Assembly: GCA_905479745.1 (NCBI GenBank) | Contig: CAJQNO010000027.1 | Location: 250-64,249 of the forward strand | DNA length: 64,000 nt | Reading direction: 5' to 3' | Source of the DNA: an uncultured Flavobacteriaceae bacterium | GTDB taxonomy: Bacteria; Bacteroidota; Bacteroidia; Flavobacteriales; Flavobacteriaceae | Part shown: piece by piece, positions 30,262-39,919 of the stretch | How the letters are laid out: each line of letters starts with the position of its first letter | How positions within the stretch are numbered: position 1 is the first letter of the stretch | Made by a program: the position numbers and the translations under genes | Notes under the pieces: model-generated | Told to the model about the DNA's origin: nothing | Databases searched by the model: none | Seen by the model: only the letters and a program-made list of their open reading frames with translations

Positions 30262-31776
30262 ATGAGTGCGAAGTTAAAAACCGAAATCCTAGACCGTCGA
30301 ATTCAAGAGATAGAAATAACCGATCAAGGGGTTGTTTTGGCAAGCGACAACTCCATTTTTGATCTGCCGGAGAAAAGTTCGATTGCCAACCTCCACCCAT
30401 TCTTCGAAGGAGTGATCCCAATACTTCCTACGGTAAAGGATAGTCTCAAGATACCATGTGTAAATGTAGACTCTGTTAGCGACCCACGTATAGTAGATGT
30501 TGATTTTCTTCGGAAAGGGGAGAAGTTGTATATGCTGATATTCGATTTTACCGAACATTACGAAGCTTCTCAACCCTTGGTTCAGGAAAAAAATGTAGCC
30601 TCTATCGCAAAGAACAAACTAGCCTTCGAGAAACAATTACTGGAGGCTAAGGAAGAATTCAAAAATAATTTTTTGTCTAATCTCAATCACGAGATCCGGA
30701 ATCCGTTAAATAATCTACTGGGTTTTATGGAGATCCTCAAGGAAACTAAACTTGATTACGACCAGAATGAAACCCTGAAGGTGATGCAGAAAACTGGAAC
30801 CCACCTGAAGATCTTAATGGACGATATGCTGGATATCTCCAAAATAGAGCGAGGTGTCCTGGACATTAAAAGTGTGAACTTCAACCTGGGGCATCTTGTG
30901 AATAACCTTCAAAATCATTTCAATTTAAAATACGCCGATAACCCTGTCGAATTCAATGTTTCTATAGACAATAACGTACCACGCAAATTGATAGGGGACC
31001 CAGCCCGCCTAAACCAGATCCTATTTAACCTGCTTGAAAATTCCTTCAGAAATACAACAGACGGTTACATAACTATGTTGGTAAAGGCCGAAAGTAAAGA
31101 TAAAACTAATACCAAAATTAAGATCCTTATTTCAGACAGTGGCACCGGGATCCCTGAAGACAAACTCGATAAGGTCTTCGATTCGTATTTTCAGTTAAAG
31201 GTTGATAAACTAAAGCCTTTGGGTGAAGGCCTGGGACTAAAAATTGTAAAAGATCTTACTCAGTCTCTAGATGGAAAAGTTCAGGTGGTTAGTGAAGAAG
31301 GAAAAGGCACTATGTTCACCTGCGAGTTCCCCTTTAAGGTACGACCGGCTACCAAGGGTACCAAAACTGTTCCCAAAGGTTCGGGTATACTCATGAGCAA
31401 GCGCATTCTTATCATTGAGGACGAGACCACCAACCAGATGTTGATGATGAAAACCTTTCTCAACAACGAAAAGGGATATGTGATTGAAATGGCAATTAAT
31501 TCAGATCACGCCTTCGAGCTATTGGAAAACAATCGTTACCACCTTATCATGTTTAAATCTGCTTTGCCCGATATAAACGGTATCGATCTAATTAAAAAGA
31601 TTCGCGGCCATGAGCAAGATGCAATTGCTAATCTGCCTATACTTATCGCCAGTGGAAATACCCTGAAAGAAGAACAGAAAGCTGTTTTGGACGCAGGAGC
31701 ATCTGCATTTCTCCCCAAGCCCTATACAAAAAATGAGCTGTTCAAATGTATTGAACAACTCATTAGAGAGTCTTAA
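30262..31776 (+). CDS. soluble hybrid-type sensor histidine kinase with degenerate (Asp-less) C-terminal receiver domain
   Basis: H-box FLSNLNHEIRNPLN. HATPase_c N/G boxes (LFNLLENSFRNT, DSGTGI, GEGLGLKIV). REC-like C-terminus ILIIEDE...HLIMFKSALPDINGIDL...LPKPY. No TM helix. ATG at 30262 preferred over the TTG at 30235. Confidence 0.85.
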   Translation: MSAKLKTEILDRRIQEIEITDQGVVLASDNSIFDLPEKSSIANLHPFFEGVIPILPTVKDSLKIPCVNVDSVSDPRIVDVDFLRKGEKLYMLIFDFTEHYEASQPLVQEKNVASIAKNKLAFEKQLLEAKEEFKNNFLSNLNHEIRNPLNNLLGFMEILKETKLDYDQNETLKVMQKTGTHLKILMDDMLDISKIERGVLDIKSVNFNLGHLVNNLQNHFNLKYADNPVEFNVSIDNNVPRKLIGDPARLNQILFNLLENSFRNTTDGYITMLVKAESKDKTNTKIKILISDSGTGIPEDKLDKVFDSYFQLKVDKLKPLGEGLGLKIVKDLTQSLDGKVQVVSEEGKGTMFTCEFPFKVRPATKGTKTVPKGSGILMSKRILIIEDETTNQMLMMKTFLNNEKGYVIEMAINSDHAFELLENNRYHLIMFKSALPDINGIDLIKKIRGHEQDAIANLPILIASGNTLKEEQKAVLDAGASAFLPKPYTKNELFKCIEQLIRES

Positions 31777-31787
31777 AAAGCTTGGTC

Positions 31788-32213
31788 TTACTTTCTATTA
31801 AGCAAGTATCTGTAGTCTTCAAGGTCAAGCCCACCTTCGAATATCTGAATGGATCGCTTGATTAATTTATTTGCCAAATCCTCTGTGTATCCCAGGCCAA
31901 TGGCGTAACGTTTCAACAGCTCCTTCTCATTATCATCTATCTCATTATCGGCAAATATGATCTTGAACAGATCGAGCATCATAGCTAAACGTTCTTCAGC
32001 CGAATTTGGAGGACTCATAGGATATACAGAAGGGTTCTTTTCTATATTGGCCAGTTCGGCTGGCGTAATATCAAGTTTTTCGGCAAAACGCATGAGTAAC
32101 CGTTTTTCTTCATCAACCAGTTCACCATTTACTAGAGCCATACGCATCATAGAAGCAAAATGACCAAGTTTTCTGGATTTTTCTCCACTTTCAAATAATT
32201 CGGTAAATGTCAT
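31788..32213 (-). CDS. TerB-family (tellurite-resistance-like) protein
   Basis: 141 aa. Two repeats of the ..DG.....E...L......LG.. TerB pattern (ALVNGELVDEEKRLLMRFAEKL; ADNEIDDNEKELLKRYAIGLG). Confidence 0.65.
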   Translation of the reverse strand: MTFTELFESGEKSRKLGHFASMMRMALVNGELVDEEKRLLMRFAEKLDITPAELANIEKNPSVYPMSPPNSAEERLAMMLDLFKIIFADNEIDDNEKELLKRYAIGLGYTEDLANKLIKRSIQIFEGGLDLEDYRYLLNRK

Positions 32214-32346
32214 AATTCAAATTTATATTACAAAAATAAAACTATTCGCGCTTTTAAACCGATATTTTCTTCGGAAAAAACCTCCTAAATCTTTATTCAA
32301 TTCTTCAACTAAAAGAAGAACAACTCTTATCTTTATTCAAAATTCT

Positions 32347-33033
32347 ATGAGATATTACCCTGGCTTGATAAAAATACTTGAGCACCTCATTAATAAGGCA
32401 GCGGGCTCGGCCCTATTAGCCCTTCTTTTTATCTTGCTATATAGCCATGTTTCATTTGGTCAAACCAGGTCTGAGGCCCAAGCTATCATGGACGATATTA
32501 AAACGGAAGAAGAAATTGGATATGCCAGCGAATATATGCCCGGATGGACCATACAGTTGGAAAAGCTTACTCCCAACGATCAAAACTGGGGGGGTCATGA
32601 AACGCAATTAAAAAGTGATAGCCCTTATATACTGGCGGAAGATGGTGAAACATATATGTATAAACTCATCGCTGTGGATAGTATAAAACAGTTTCGGGTA
32701 AGTTATATCTTCCTCGATGGCAGTGTATACCGGTACCGAAAAATAGATGGGATACGCACTAAAATACTGAAACAATATGCCAAAGGTGTACCCTTTGCTT
32801 CTCTTGCTTCCAGGTATTCGATGGATGTAAGTGGTTCGGTAAAAGGGGGAGATCTGGGTTGGTTCAACGAAAAAACCATGGTCCCGGAATTTGAAAAATC
32901 GATCGCCAATCACAACAAAGGAGAAATTTTTACGGTGGACAGCGTGTTGCGAAGATGGTACTTTGTGGTTCTGAAAACTTATGAAGACAGGAAGGTTGTA
33001 CAGAAAACTTTGGCAAAGATCAAGATCAAATAA
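32347..33033 (+). CDS. parvulin-type peptidyl-prolyl cis-trans isomerase
   Basis: 228 aa with a signal sequence. Rotamase signature GGDLGWFNEKTMVPEFEKSI. Confidence 0.75.
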   Translation: MRYYPGLIKILEHLINKAAGSALLALLFILLYSHVSFGQTRSEAQAIMDDIKTEEEIGYASEYMPGWTIQLEKLTPNDQNWGGHETQLKSDSPYILAEDGETYMYKLIAVDSIKQFRVSYIFLDGSVYRYRKIDGIRTKILKQYAKGVPFASLASRYSMDVSGSVKGGDLGWFNEKTMVPEFEKSIANHNKGEIFTVDSVLRRWYFVVLKTYEDRKVVQKTLAKIKIK

Positions 33034-33044
33034 ACCGGCTTCCT

Positions 33045-33842
33045 ATGAAAAGAATTTTACAAATTCTCAATATTACCGCATTTATCGCGGTCCTGTTAGT
33101 CAATTATTTGTCTAATACCGGGATGATGAATAATACTACTATAGGTGAGGTATCGGCCCAGGTAAACACTTTATTTACACCGGCTCCCTACGCATTTGCC
33201 ATATGGGGACTGATTTATCTCTTTCTCTTGGCCTTTGTGATCTATCAAAGCCGTAGTCTTTTCATGAGGGTTAATAATGATGATCTTGTAAGTAAGACAG
33301 GCTGGTGGTTTATCATTTCCTGTATAGCCAACTGCCTCTGGGTATACTTCTGGATCTATCAATATACAGGCATTTCGGTACTGTGCATATTCCTGCTCTT
33401 AATTTCTTTACTGAAGATAGTTGTAAATAACAACATGGAGCGCTGGGACGCCCCTCTTACGGTGATCGCATTTTTGTGGTGGCCATTTGTGATCTATAGC
33501 GGATGGGTAACAGTGGCGAGTATTGCCAATGTTGCCGCCTGGCTAGTTAAGATCGGGTGGGATGGATTTGGAATTTCCGAAACTATATGGACAGTGGTCA
33601 TGATCACAATCGCAACTTTGATCTCCCTCGCGCTAACCTGGACGCGCAGCATGCGGGAATTCGCTTTGGTAGGTTCCTGGGCTCTGGCCGCTATTGCCGT
33701 TGCAAATTGGGAAAGTAATGAAACTGTAAAAATTGCAGCCATCTCTTGTGCCACTGTTCTGTTTATAAGCAGTTCAATACATGGTTATATGAATCGTGAA
33801 ACCAGCCCAATTAAAAAACTGAAACAAAACTTAAGTCGCTAA
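33045..33842 (+). CDS. TspO/MBR-related tryptophan-rich membrane protein
   Basis: 265 aa, ~7 TM, Trp-rich. LFTPAPYAFAIWGLIY is the pattern seen in TspO-related proteins. Confidence 0.55.
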   Translation: MKRILQILNITAFIAVLLVNYLSNTGMMNNTTIGEVSAQVNTLFTPAPYAFAIWGLIYLFLLAFVIYQSRSLFMRVNNDDLVSKTGWWFIISCIANCLWVYFWIYQYTGISVLCIFLLLISLLKIVVNNNMERWDAPLTVIAFLWWPFVIYSGWVTVASIANVAAWLVKIGWDGFGISETIWTVVMITIATLISLALTWTRSMREFALVGSWALAAIAVANWESNETVKIAAISCATVLFISSSIHGYMNRETSPIKKLKQNLSR

Positions 33843-34987
33843 TGCTAACGTGTAAAAAACATTTGTTCTCACTTTCAGACGAGGTTACCTACCTCAACTG
33901 TGCAACCATGTCTCCTTTCCTGCGGTCTGTTGAAAGAATCGGGATTGAAAATTTGAAGCGAAAATCCAATCCCCAAAATATAAAGAGCCAGGATTTCTTC
34001 ACAGACAGACAACTGCTAAAAGAAAGGTTTACACAGTTAATTCACGCGCCACATCCCGATTGTGTGTCTATCATCCCATCTGTCTCGTACGGTATTGGGA
34101 CCGTAATAAAGAATATTCGGTTTAAAAGAGGCGATGAGATCATCGTGTTGGAGGATCAGTTTCCAAGTAATGTTTATGGATGGAAAGGATTGGAAAAGAC
34201 AGATGGAGTAAAGATTATTAGTGTAAAAGCACCACCTTTAACGCCAGGCAGAGGCTCCATTTGGAATCAACGTTTATTAGATGCGATAAACGAACGAACC
34301 AAGGTAGTGGCAATACCGCAAGTACATTGGTCTGATGGAACACTGTTCGATCTACAAGCAGTGCGTAAAAAAACCCTGCGGATGGAGGCCTATCTCATTA
34401 TAGACGGGACACAAAGTATAGGTGCCTTGCCTTTTTCTACTTCCGAAATACAGCCGGATGCTTTGATCTGTGGTGGATACAAATGGCTGATGGGGGCTTA
34501 TGGCCTTGGAATGGCGTATTATGGTGAACGATTCTATGAAGGTACTCCTCTGGAAGATAACTGGATAAACCATCAGGGTAGTGAAGATTTTACAAACCTC
34601 GCCAGGTACAACCCGAAATTTAAACCAAAGGCAAGCCGCTTCGATATGGGTGAATCCAGTAATTTTATCCAAGTCCCAATGCTGGCAGCGGCAATCGGGC
34701 AGATCATGGACTGGACTACGGAGGGAATTCAGCAATATTGCAAGGAGATCACGTACGAAGCTATCCAGACTCTTTCTAATCATGGCTATTATATTGAAGC
34801 CCCTGAATACCGAGGGCATCATCTGTTTGGGATCTATACTAGGGGGAGAAAGTCCATGGAGACCATAAAGCAGTCTCTCACCGAGAGTAACATCCAGGTT
34901 TCGTATAGGGGTGAGGCGATACGGATCTCTCCACATTTATACAATACCCGCGAAGATCTAGAAAAGTTAGTTAACTGTTTTATTTGA
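33842..34987 (+). CDS. aminotransferase class V-fold PLP-dependent enzyme
   Basis: 381 aa. IDGTQSIGALP and GGYKWLMG (PLP Lys) motifs. Confidence 0.8.
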   Translation: MLTCKKHLFSLSDEVTYLNCATMSPFLRSVERIGIENLKRKSNPQNIKSQDFFTDRQLLKERFTQLIHAPHPDCVSIIPSVSYGIGTVIKNIRFKRGDEIIVLEDQFPSNVYGWKGLEKTDGVKIISVKAPPLTPGRGSIWNQRLLDAINERTKVVAIPQVHWSDGTLFDLQAVRKKTLRMEAYLIIDGTQSIGALPFSTSEIQPDALICGGYKWLMGAYGLGMAYYGERFYEGTPLEDNWINHQGSEDFTNLARYNPKFKPKASRFDMGESSNFIQVPMLAAAIGQIMDWTTEGIQQYCKEITYEAIQTLSNHGYYIEAPEYRGHHLFGIYTRGRKSMETIKQSLTESNIQVSYRGEAIRISPHLYNTREDLEKLVNCFI

Positions 34988-35014
34988 TATCAGGCTGTAT
35001 TATCTTTGCCCGCA

Positions 35015-38000
35015 ATGAGTAAAGCCCAGGTTTGGTCGCTTTTTGAACAGTCTTCGGAAATTCGAAAACTGCGGCAGGCTATTGCCAGTTCCGAAAAAAA
35101 CATAGGGGTTAACGGCCTTGTAGGATCCTCACTTTCGTTGGTAATAGCCGAACTCTTCAGAACTTCCGAAATTCCCTATCTACTCATCTTAAACGACAAA
35201 GAAGATGCTGCGTACCACTTGAACGATCTGGAAAACTTGCTGGGAGACCAAAACGTTTTGTTCTACCCGGGGAGTTATAGAAGACCATATCAGATAGACG
35301 AAACAGATAATGCCAATGTACTCCTGAGAAGTGAGGTCCTTAATCGTATCAATTCCAGACGGAAACCGGCAATCATTGTCACCTATCCGGAAGCATTGTT
35401 CGAAAAAGTGGTTACTCGAAGGGAACTGGAAAAAAACACACTTAAGCTAAAGGTAGGTGAAGAAGTTAGTGTTGATTTTGTGAATGAAGTACTGTTCGAA
35501 TATCGTTTTAAACGAACCGATTTTGTCACGGAACCTGGGGAATTTTCGGTGCGAGGTGGAATACTGGATGTGTTTTCTTTTAGCCATGACGAACCATACC
35601 GTATCGAATTCTTTGGAGATGAAGTAGACAGTATACGTACTTTCGATGTGGAAACACAGCTTTCACTTGAGCAGGTAAAGCGGATCTCGATCATCCCGAA
35701 TGTGGAGAATAAAATGATCCAGGAAAATCGAGAGAGTTTCCTTAAATATATTTCAGCGAAAACCCTTGTTTATCTGAAAAACAGAGAACTGTTGTCTTCG
35801 GCCATGGATAAGCTCTTCAAAAAGGCCGAGTACGCTTTTAAAGAAACCGAAACCACGGTAGCCATGAGCCCCCCTTCGGATCTCTTCTGCACTTCTAACT
35901 TACTGAAAGCACAACTCGAGGAATTTTCGGTAATAGATCTTAACAATAAAGATGTATCATCGCAAAAATGCATTATTACGTTTAATACAACCCCGCAACC
36001 TTCATTCAATAAGCAATTCGATCTGCTTATTGAAAACCTCAACACCAACTCTTCAAACGGGTATAAGAACTATATTTTTTGCAGCAGTGATCAACAGGCG
36101 AAACGCTTCCATGATATTTTTGAAGATGCCCAGCAACATGTGGACGAATTTGAGACCATCGTTTTTCCATTGTTCAACGGGTTTATAGATCACGACCAGA
36201 AAAACGTCTGTTATACCGATCACCAGATCTTTGAACGCTATCATAAATTTCATCTGAAAAACAGCTATGCCAAAAAGCAGGCGATCACTCTTAAAGAGCT
36301 TACTAATCTTGAAGTGGGTGATTATGTTACGCATATCGATCACGGGATAGGGAAATTTGGCGGGCTGCAAAAGATAGACGTGGAAGGGAAACAACAGGAA
36401 GCTATTAAATTGATCTATGGCGAAAGGGATATACTGTACCTAAGCATACATTCGTTGCATAAGATCTCTAAATACAATGGAAAAGATGGCGCTGTTCCAA
36501 AAATTTACAAACTGGGAAGCGCTGCCTGGAAAAAATTAAAACAGAAAACAAAGAAGCGTGTTAAGGAGATCGCGTTTAACCTTATTGAGCTATACGCAAA
36601 ACGCCGACTACAGAAGGGCGTTGCTTTTGCTCCCGATTCTTATCTGCAACACGAATTGGAATCGTCTTTCATTTACGAAGACACCCCAGACCAGGTCACT
36701 GCCACAGAAGACGTAAAGCGGGATATGGAAAACGAAAGGCCTATGGATCGTCTGGTATGCGGTGATGTTGGCTTCGGAAAGACAGAGGTCGCCATACGTG
36801 CCGCCTTTAAAGCTGTTGATAATGGGAAACAAGTAGCGGTCCTGGTTCCTACTACCATCCTTGCATTCCAGCATTTTAAGACCTTTACCGAACGCCTGGC
36901 CGAAATGCCTGTGAACGTAGACTACCTTAACCGTTTCCGAAGTGCTAAACAGAGAAGGGCCGTCCTTGAAGGATTGGCCGGTGGGAAACTCGATATAGTT
37001 ATAGGTACACACCAGCTTGTCAACAAATCGGTGGTATTTAAAGATCTTGGCCTTTTAATTATAGACGAAGAACAAAAGTTTGGAGTAGCGGTAAAGGACA
37101 AATTGAAAACACTCAAGGAAAACGTAGACACTCTTACCTTGACCGCTACGCCCATTCCAAGAACCCTGCAATTTAGCCTGATGGCTGCCAGGGACTTATC
37201 GGTCATCACCACTCCACCACCCAATCGTTATCCCGTGGACACCCGTGTGATTCGGTTTTCGGAAGAGGTTATCCGGGATGCGATCCGGTATGAGATCTCG
37301 CGCGGCGGACAAGTATTTTTTGTACATAACCGCATTGAGAACATAAAGGAGGTGGCCGGGATGATACAGCGCCTGGTGCCCGATGCGAAGATTGGGATTG
37401 GTCATGGGCAGATGGAAGGAAAGAAACTGGAGCAACTCATGCTCGCTTTCATGAACAATGAATTCGATGTACTGGTTTCCACCACCATAATTGAAAGTGG
37501 CCTGGATGTGCCCAATGCGAACACCATTTTTATCAATAATGCGAATAACTTCGGACTCTCAGATCTCCACCAGATGCGAGGCCGTGTGGGTCGTTCTAAT
37601 AAAAAAGCCTTTTGCTACTTTATTACCCCGCCATTCTCTGCCATTACAGACGACGCCAGAAAACGATTAACGGCGCTCGAACAGTTCAGTGAACTGGGAA
37701 GTGGCTTTAATATTGCCATGAAGGATCTGGAAATCAGGGGCGCAGGGGATCTGCTTGGAGGTGAACAAAGTGGCTTTATCAACGAGATCGGTTTTGAGAC
37801 CTATCAAAAGATTCTTTCTGAAGCCATAGACGAACTAAAGGAAAAAGAATTCAAAGATCTCTATGCGGGCACGGAACACGAGCTAAAGGATTTTGTGAAG
37901 GAAGCCGTTATCGACACAGATTTCGAATTGCTATTCCCGGACGACTATGTGAATAATATAACCGAACGGCTTAATTTGTACCAAAAACTCAACGCCCTAA

Positions 38001-38362
38001 ATACGGAAGAAGAACTTAAAAAATTTGAATCGGAACTCATCGACAGGTTTGGAGAACTCCCGGATGAAGCAGCAGATCTGTTGAATAGTGTTCGTATAAA
38101 ATGGATCGCAATTTCCATGGGGCTGGAAAGAGTGGTGATGAAAAAAAACAGGCTGGTAGGTTATTTTGTGAGTGACCAGCACAGTGCGTATTACCAGAGT
38201 CCTACTTTTTCCAGGGTGCTTCAATATGTTCAAAATCATCCACAACAGGTAAAAATGAAAGAAAAGCAAACCCGAAACGGCCTTCGCCTAATGCTTACTT
38301 TCGAAAGAATATCTTCGGTGGACAAAGCGCTGGATGTGCTTCAGCCCTTCCGTTTAAAATAA
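35015..38362 (+). CDS. mfd: transcription-repair coupling factor
   Basis: ~1115 aa. UvrB-homology N-terminus, CarD/RID, SF2 helicase motifs (GDVGFGKTEVA, IIDEEQKFG, TATPIPRTL, QMRGRVGRS), TRCF C-terminal domain. Confidence 0.95.
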   Translation: MSKAQVWSLFEQSSEIRKLRQAIASSEKNIGVNGLVGSSLSLVIAELFRTSEIPYLLILNDKEDAAYHLNDLENLLGDQNVLFYPGSYRRPYQIDETDNANVLLRSEVLNRINSRRKPAIIVTYPEALFEKVVTRRELEKNTLKLKVGEEVSVDFVNEVLFEYRFKRTDFVTEPGEFSVRGGILDVFSFSHDEPYRIEFFGDEVDSIRTFDVETQLSLEQVKRISIIPNVENKMIQENRESFLKYISAKTLVYLKNRELLSSAMDKLFKKAEYAFKETETTVAMSPPSDLFCTSNLLKAQLEEFSVIDLNNKDVSSQKCIITFNTTPQPSFNKQFDLLIENLNTNSSNGYKNYIFCSSDQQAKRFHDIFEDAQQHVDEFETIVFPLFNGFIDHDQKNVCYTDHQIFERYHKFHLKNSYAKKQAITLKELTNLEVGDYVTHIDHGIGKFGGLQKIDVEGKQQEAIKLIYGERDILYLSIHSLHKISKYNGKDGAVPKIYKLGSAAWKKLKQKTKKRVKEIAFNLIELYAKRRLQKGVAFAPDSYLQHELESSFIYEDTPDQVTATEDVKRDMENERPMDRLVCGDVGFGKTEVAIRAAFKAVDNGKQVAVLVPTTILAFQHFKTFTERLAEMPVNVDYLNRFRSAKQRRAVLEGLAGGKLDIVIGTHQLVNKSVVFKDLGLLIIDEEQKFGVAVKDKLKTLKENVDTLTLTATPIPRTLQFSLMAARDLSVITTPPPNRYPVDTRVIRFSEEVIRDAIRYEISRGGQVFFVHNRIENIKEVAGMIQRLVPDAKIGIGHGQMEGKKLEQLMLAFMNNEFDVLVSTTIIESGLDVPNANTIFINNANNFGLSDLHQMRGRVGRSNKKAFCYFITPPFSAITDDARKRLTALEQFSELGSGFNIAMKDLEIRGAGDLLGGEQSGFINEIGFETYQKILSEAIDELKEKEFKDLYAGTEHELKDFVKEAVIDTDFELLFPDDYVNNITERLNLYQKLNALNTEEELKKFESELIDRFGELPDEAADLLNSVRIKWIAISMGLERVVMKKNRLVGYFVSDQHSAYYQSPTFSRVLQYVQNHPQQVKMKEKQTRNGLRLMLTFERISSVDKALDVLQPFRLK

Positions 38363-38392
38363 GAACCCCGCCTGCTTTTACAGTTACACTAT

Positions 38393-38752
38393 TCAGAAAT
38401 GATAAAAAGCATTTTTAAAATGCTCTACACACTCCTGCTTATTGTTTTTTAATACAGAAATGATATCAAACCTCACTTCCAGGTCGATCCCATTTTTTAG
38501 CACGTATTCATTCGCAGCTCTTACCAAATGTTTAATTTTTCGAGGATTCACAAAGCTTTGCGGATCTCCAAATACTATGCTGTTTCTGGTCTTCACCTCA
38601 ACTATCACCAGTTGATGTGAGTTTTCGGCAATGATATCGATCTCGGCTTTTTCGTAGATGAAATTCCGGCATAAAATCCTGTACCCGTTCTTCAACAAAT
38701 ATTGAACGGCCAGATCCTCACCAAGTTTTCCCAGTTCGTTGTGATAAGCCAT
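38393..38752 (-). CDS. YraN family endonuclease (UPF0102)
   Basis: 119 aa. GKLGEDLAVQYLLKNGYRIL.RN......EIDIIA......VIVEVKTR. Confidence 0.85.
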   Translation of the reverse strand: MAYHNELGKLGEDLAVQYLLKNGYRILCRNFIYEKAEIDIIAENSHQLVIVEVKTRNSIVFGDPQSFVNPRKIKHLVRAANEYVLKNGIDLEVRFDIISVLKNNKQECVEHFKNAFYHF

Positions 38753-38893
38753 ATTTAAATTTGCATAAAATCATAAAATTAGGTCCCTTGAATTGGGCAC
38801 TTTTGGTCTGATTTCATGAAATATGGGTATGGTCAATACATCGACAAGAGAAGATGATCCCTCTCATTTGATAACGGCAAGCCTTACAAATTC

Positions 38894-39796
38894 TTAAGAA
38901 GTGAATTGCAGTGCAACATCGGGTCCTGTAACAGTTAACTGTACATTACGGCCCATGATTAGTGCTCGGTTATCTTTTACATGGCCTGCAGGGAAATGAT
39001 AACAAACAGGGAAGTCGTACTTAGAAACAATTTCTTCCACTATTTCTTCGGCCGTTTTCCCATATGGAATGGTATTGTCGTTCATATCGGTAAGTCCTCC
39101 AATGATCAATCCGTTCAGGGAATTGAAATAACCATTTCTTTTTAAATTCTGAAGCATTCTGTCCACATGGTACAGATATTCGTCCAGATCTTCCAGGAAT
39201 AAGATCTTCCCGGCTGTATCTAATTGAGATGCACTTCCGCATAAAGAATACAAAACCGACAGATTTCCTCCCACCAGGGCTCCTTCGGCCGAGCCGTTTC
39301 GGGAGAATCCAGATATATCCGTATACCTAATAGTATATGTATTACCAAACAGTAATTCCTGCAATGATTTTGATGTCTCCGGTGTCTTTTTGTCGATATC
39401 CAAAGGCATTTGCGCATGCAGGGTTTCCACTCCTCTGCCATTAAGGTGAGCATGAAGTACGGTAATATCGCTATAACCAATGATCCATTTTGGGTGGGCA
39501 GCAAACTTCCGAAAATCGAGTAAGTCGATAATGCGTACTGTGCCATAGCCCCCTCTGGCACACCAGATCGCTTTTACCTGCTCATCATCCAGCATTTGCT
39601 GAAAGTCCCGGGCACGTAACGTATCTTCACCCGCAAACTGGTCCTTTTCGGCGCCTATACTCTCGCCAAGTTTTACTTTCAGGCCCCATCGTGCAAGCAG
39701 ATCCAGGGCCGGTTGTAATTCAGTCTTGTTCACTTTTCGAGCCGTGGAGACGATCCCAATAGTATCGCCAGCCTGCAAATAAGGTGGTGTTACCAT
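38894..39796 (-). CDS. LD-carboxypeptidase (peptidase S66)
   Basis: 300 aa. GDTIGIVSTA, GGYGTVRI, GYSDITVLH (nucleophile Ser), FPAGH. Confidence 0.85.
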   Translation of the reverse strand: MVTPPYLQAGDTIGIVSTARKVNKTELQPALDLLARWGLKVKLGESIGAEKDQFAGEDTLRARDFQQMLDDEQVKAIWCARGGYGTVRIIDLLDFRKFAAHPKWIIGYSDITVLHAHLNGRGVETLHAQMPLDIDKKTPETSKSLQELLFGNTYTIRYTDISGFSRNGSAEGALVGGNLSVLYSLCGSASQLDTAGKILFLEDLDEYLYHVDRMLQNLKRNGYFNSLNGLIIGGLTDMNDNTIPYGKTAEEIVEEIVSKYDFPVCYHFPAGHVKDNRALIMGRNVQLTVTGPDVALQFTS

Positions 39797-39919
39797 ATAT
39801 TCTTTTCTATTCTTAGATTAAAAAATAAAGTTAGTCTTTTACGTTAAATTTCAGGCTGGCTTACCATAAATAACTATAATTCAATATATTTAGCTGTCTC
39901 GAACTTAAAAAATACGGCT

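Noticed and set aside
34352-34936. 194-aa minus-strand ORF inside the class V aminotransferase gene. Many similar antisense ORFs exist, for example 5549-5950, 5857-6279, 8290-8637, 10127-10600, 36608-37012, 46035-46442, 50097-50480, 51157-51534, 55357-55686, 61226-61588 and 63637-63960.
   Set aside because: Each lies wholly within a gene on the other strand that has clear family motifs. Their translated sequences are low-complexity or Ser/Leu/Arg-rich shadow frames.
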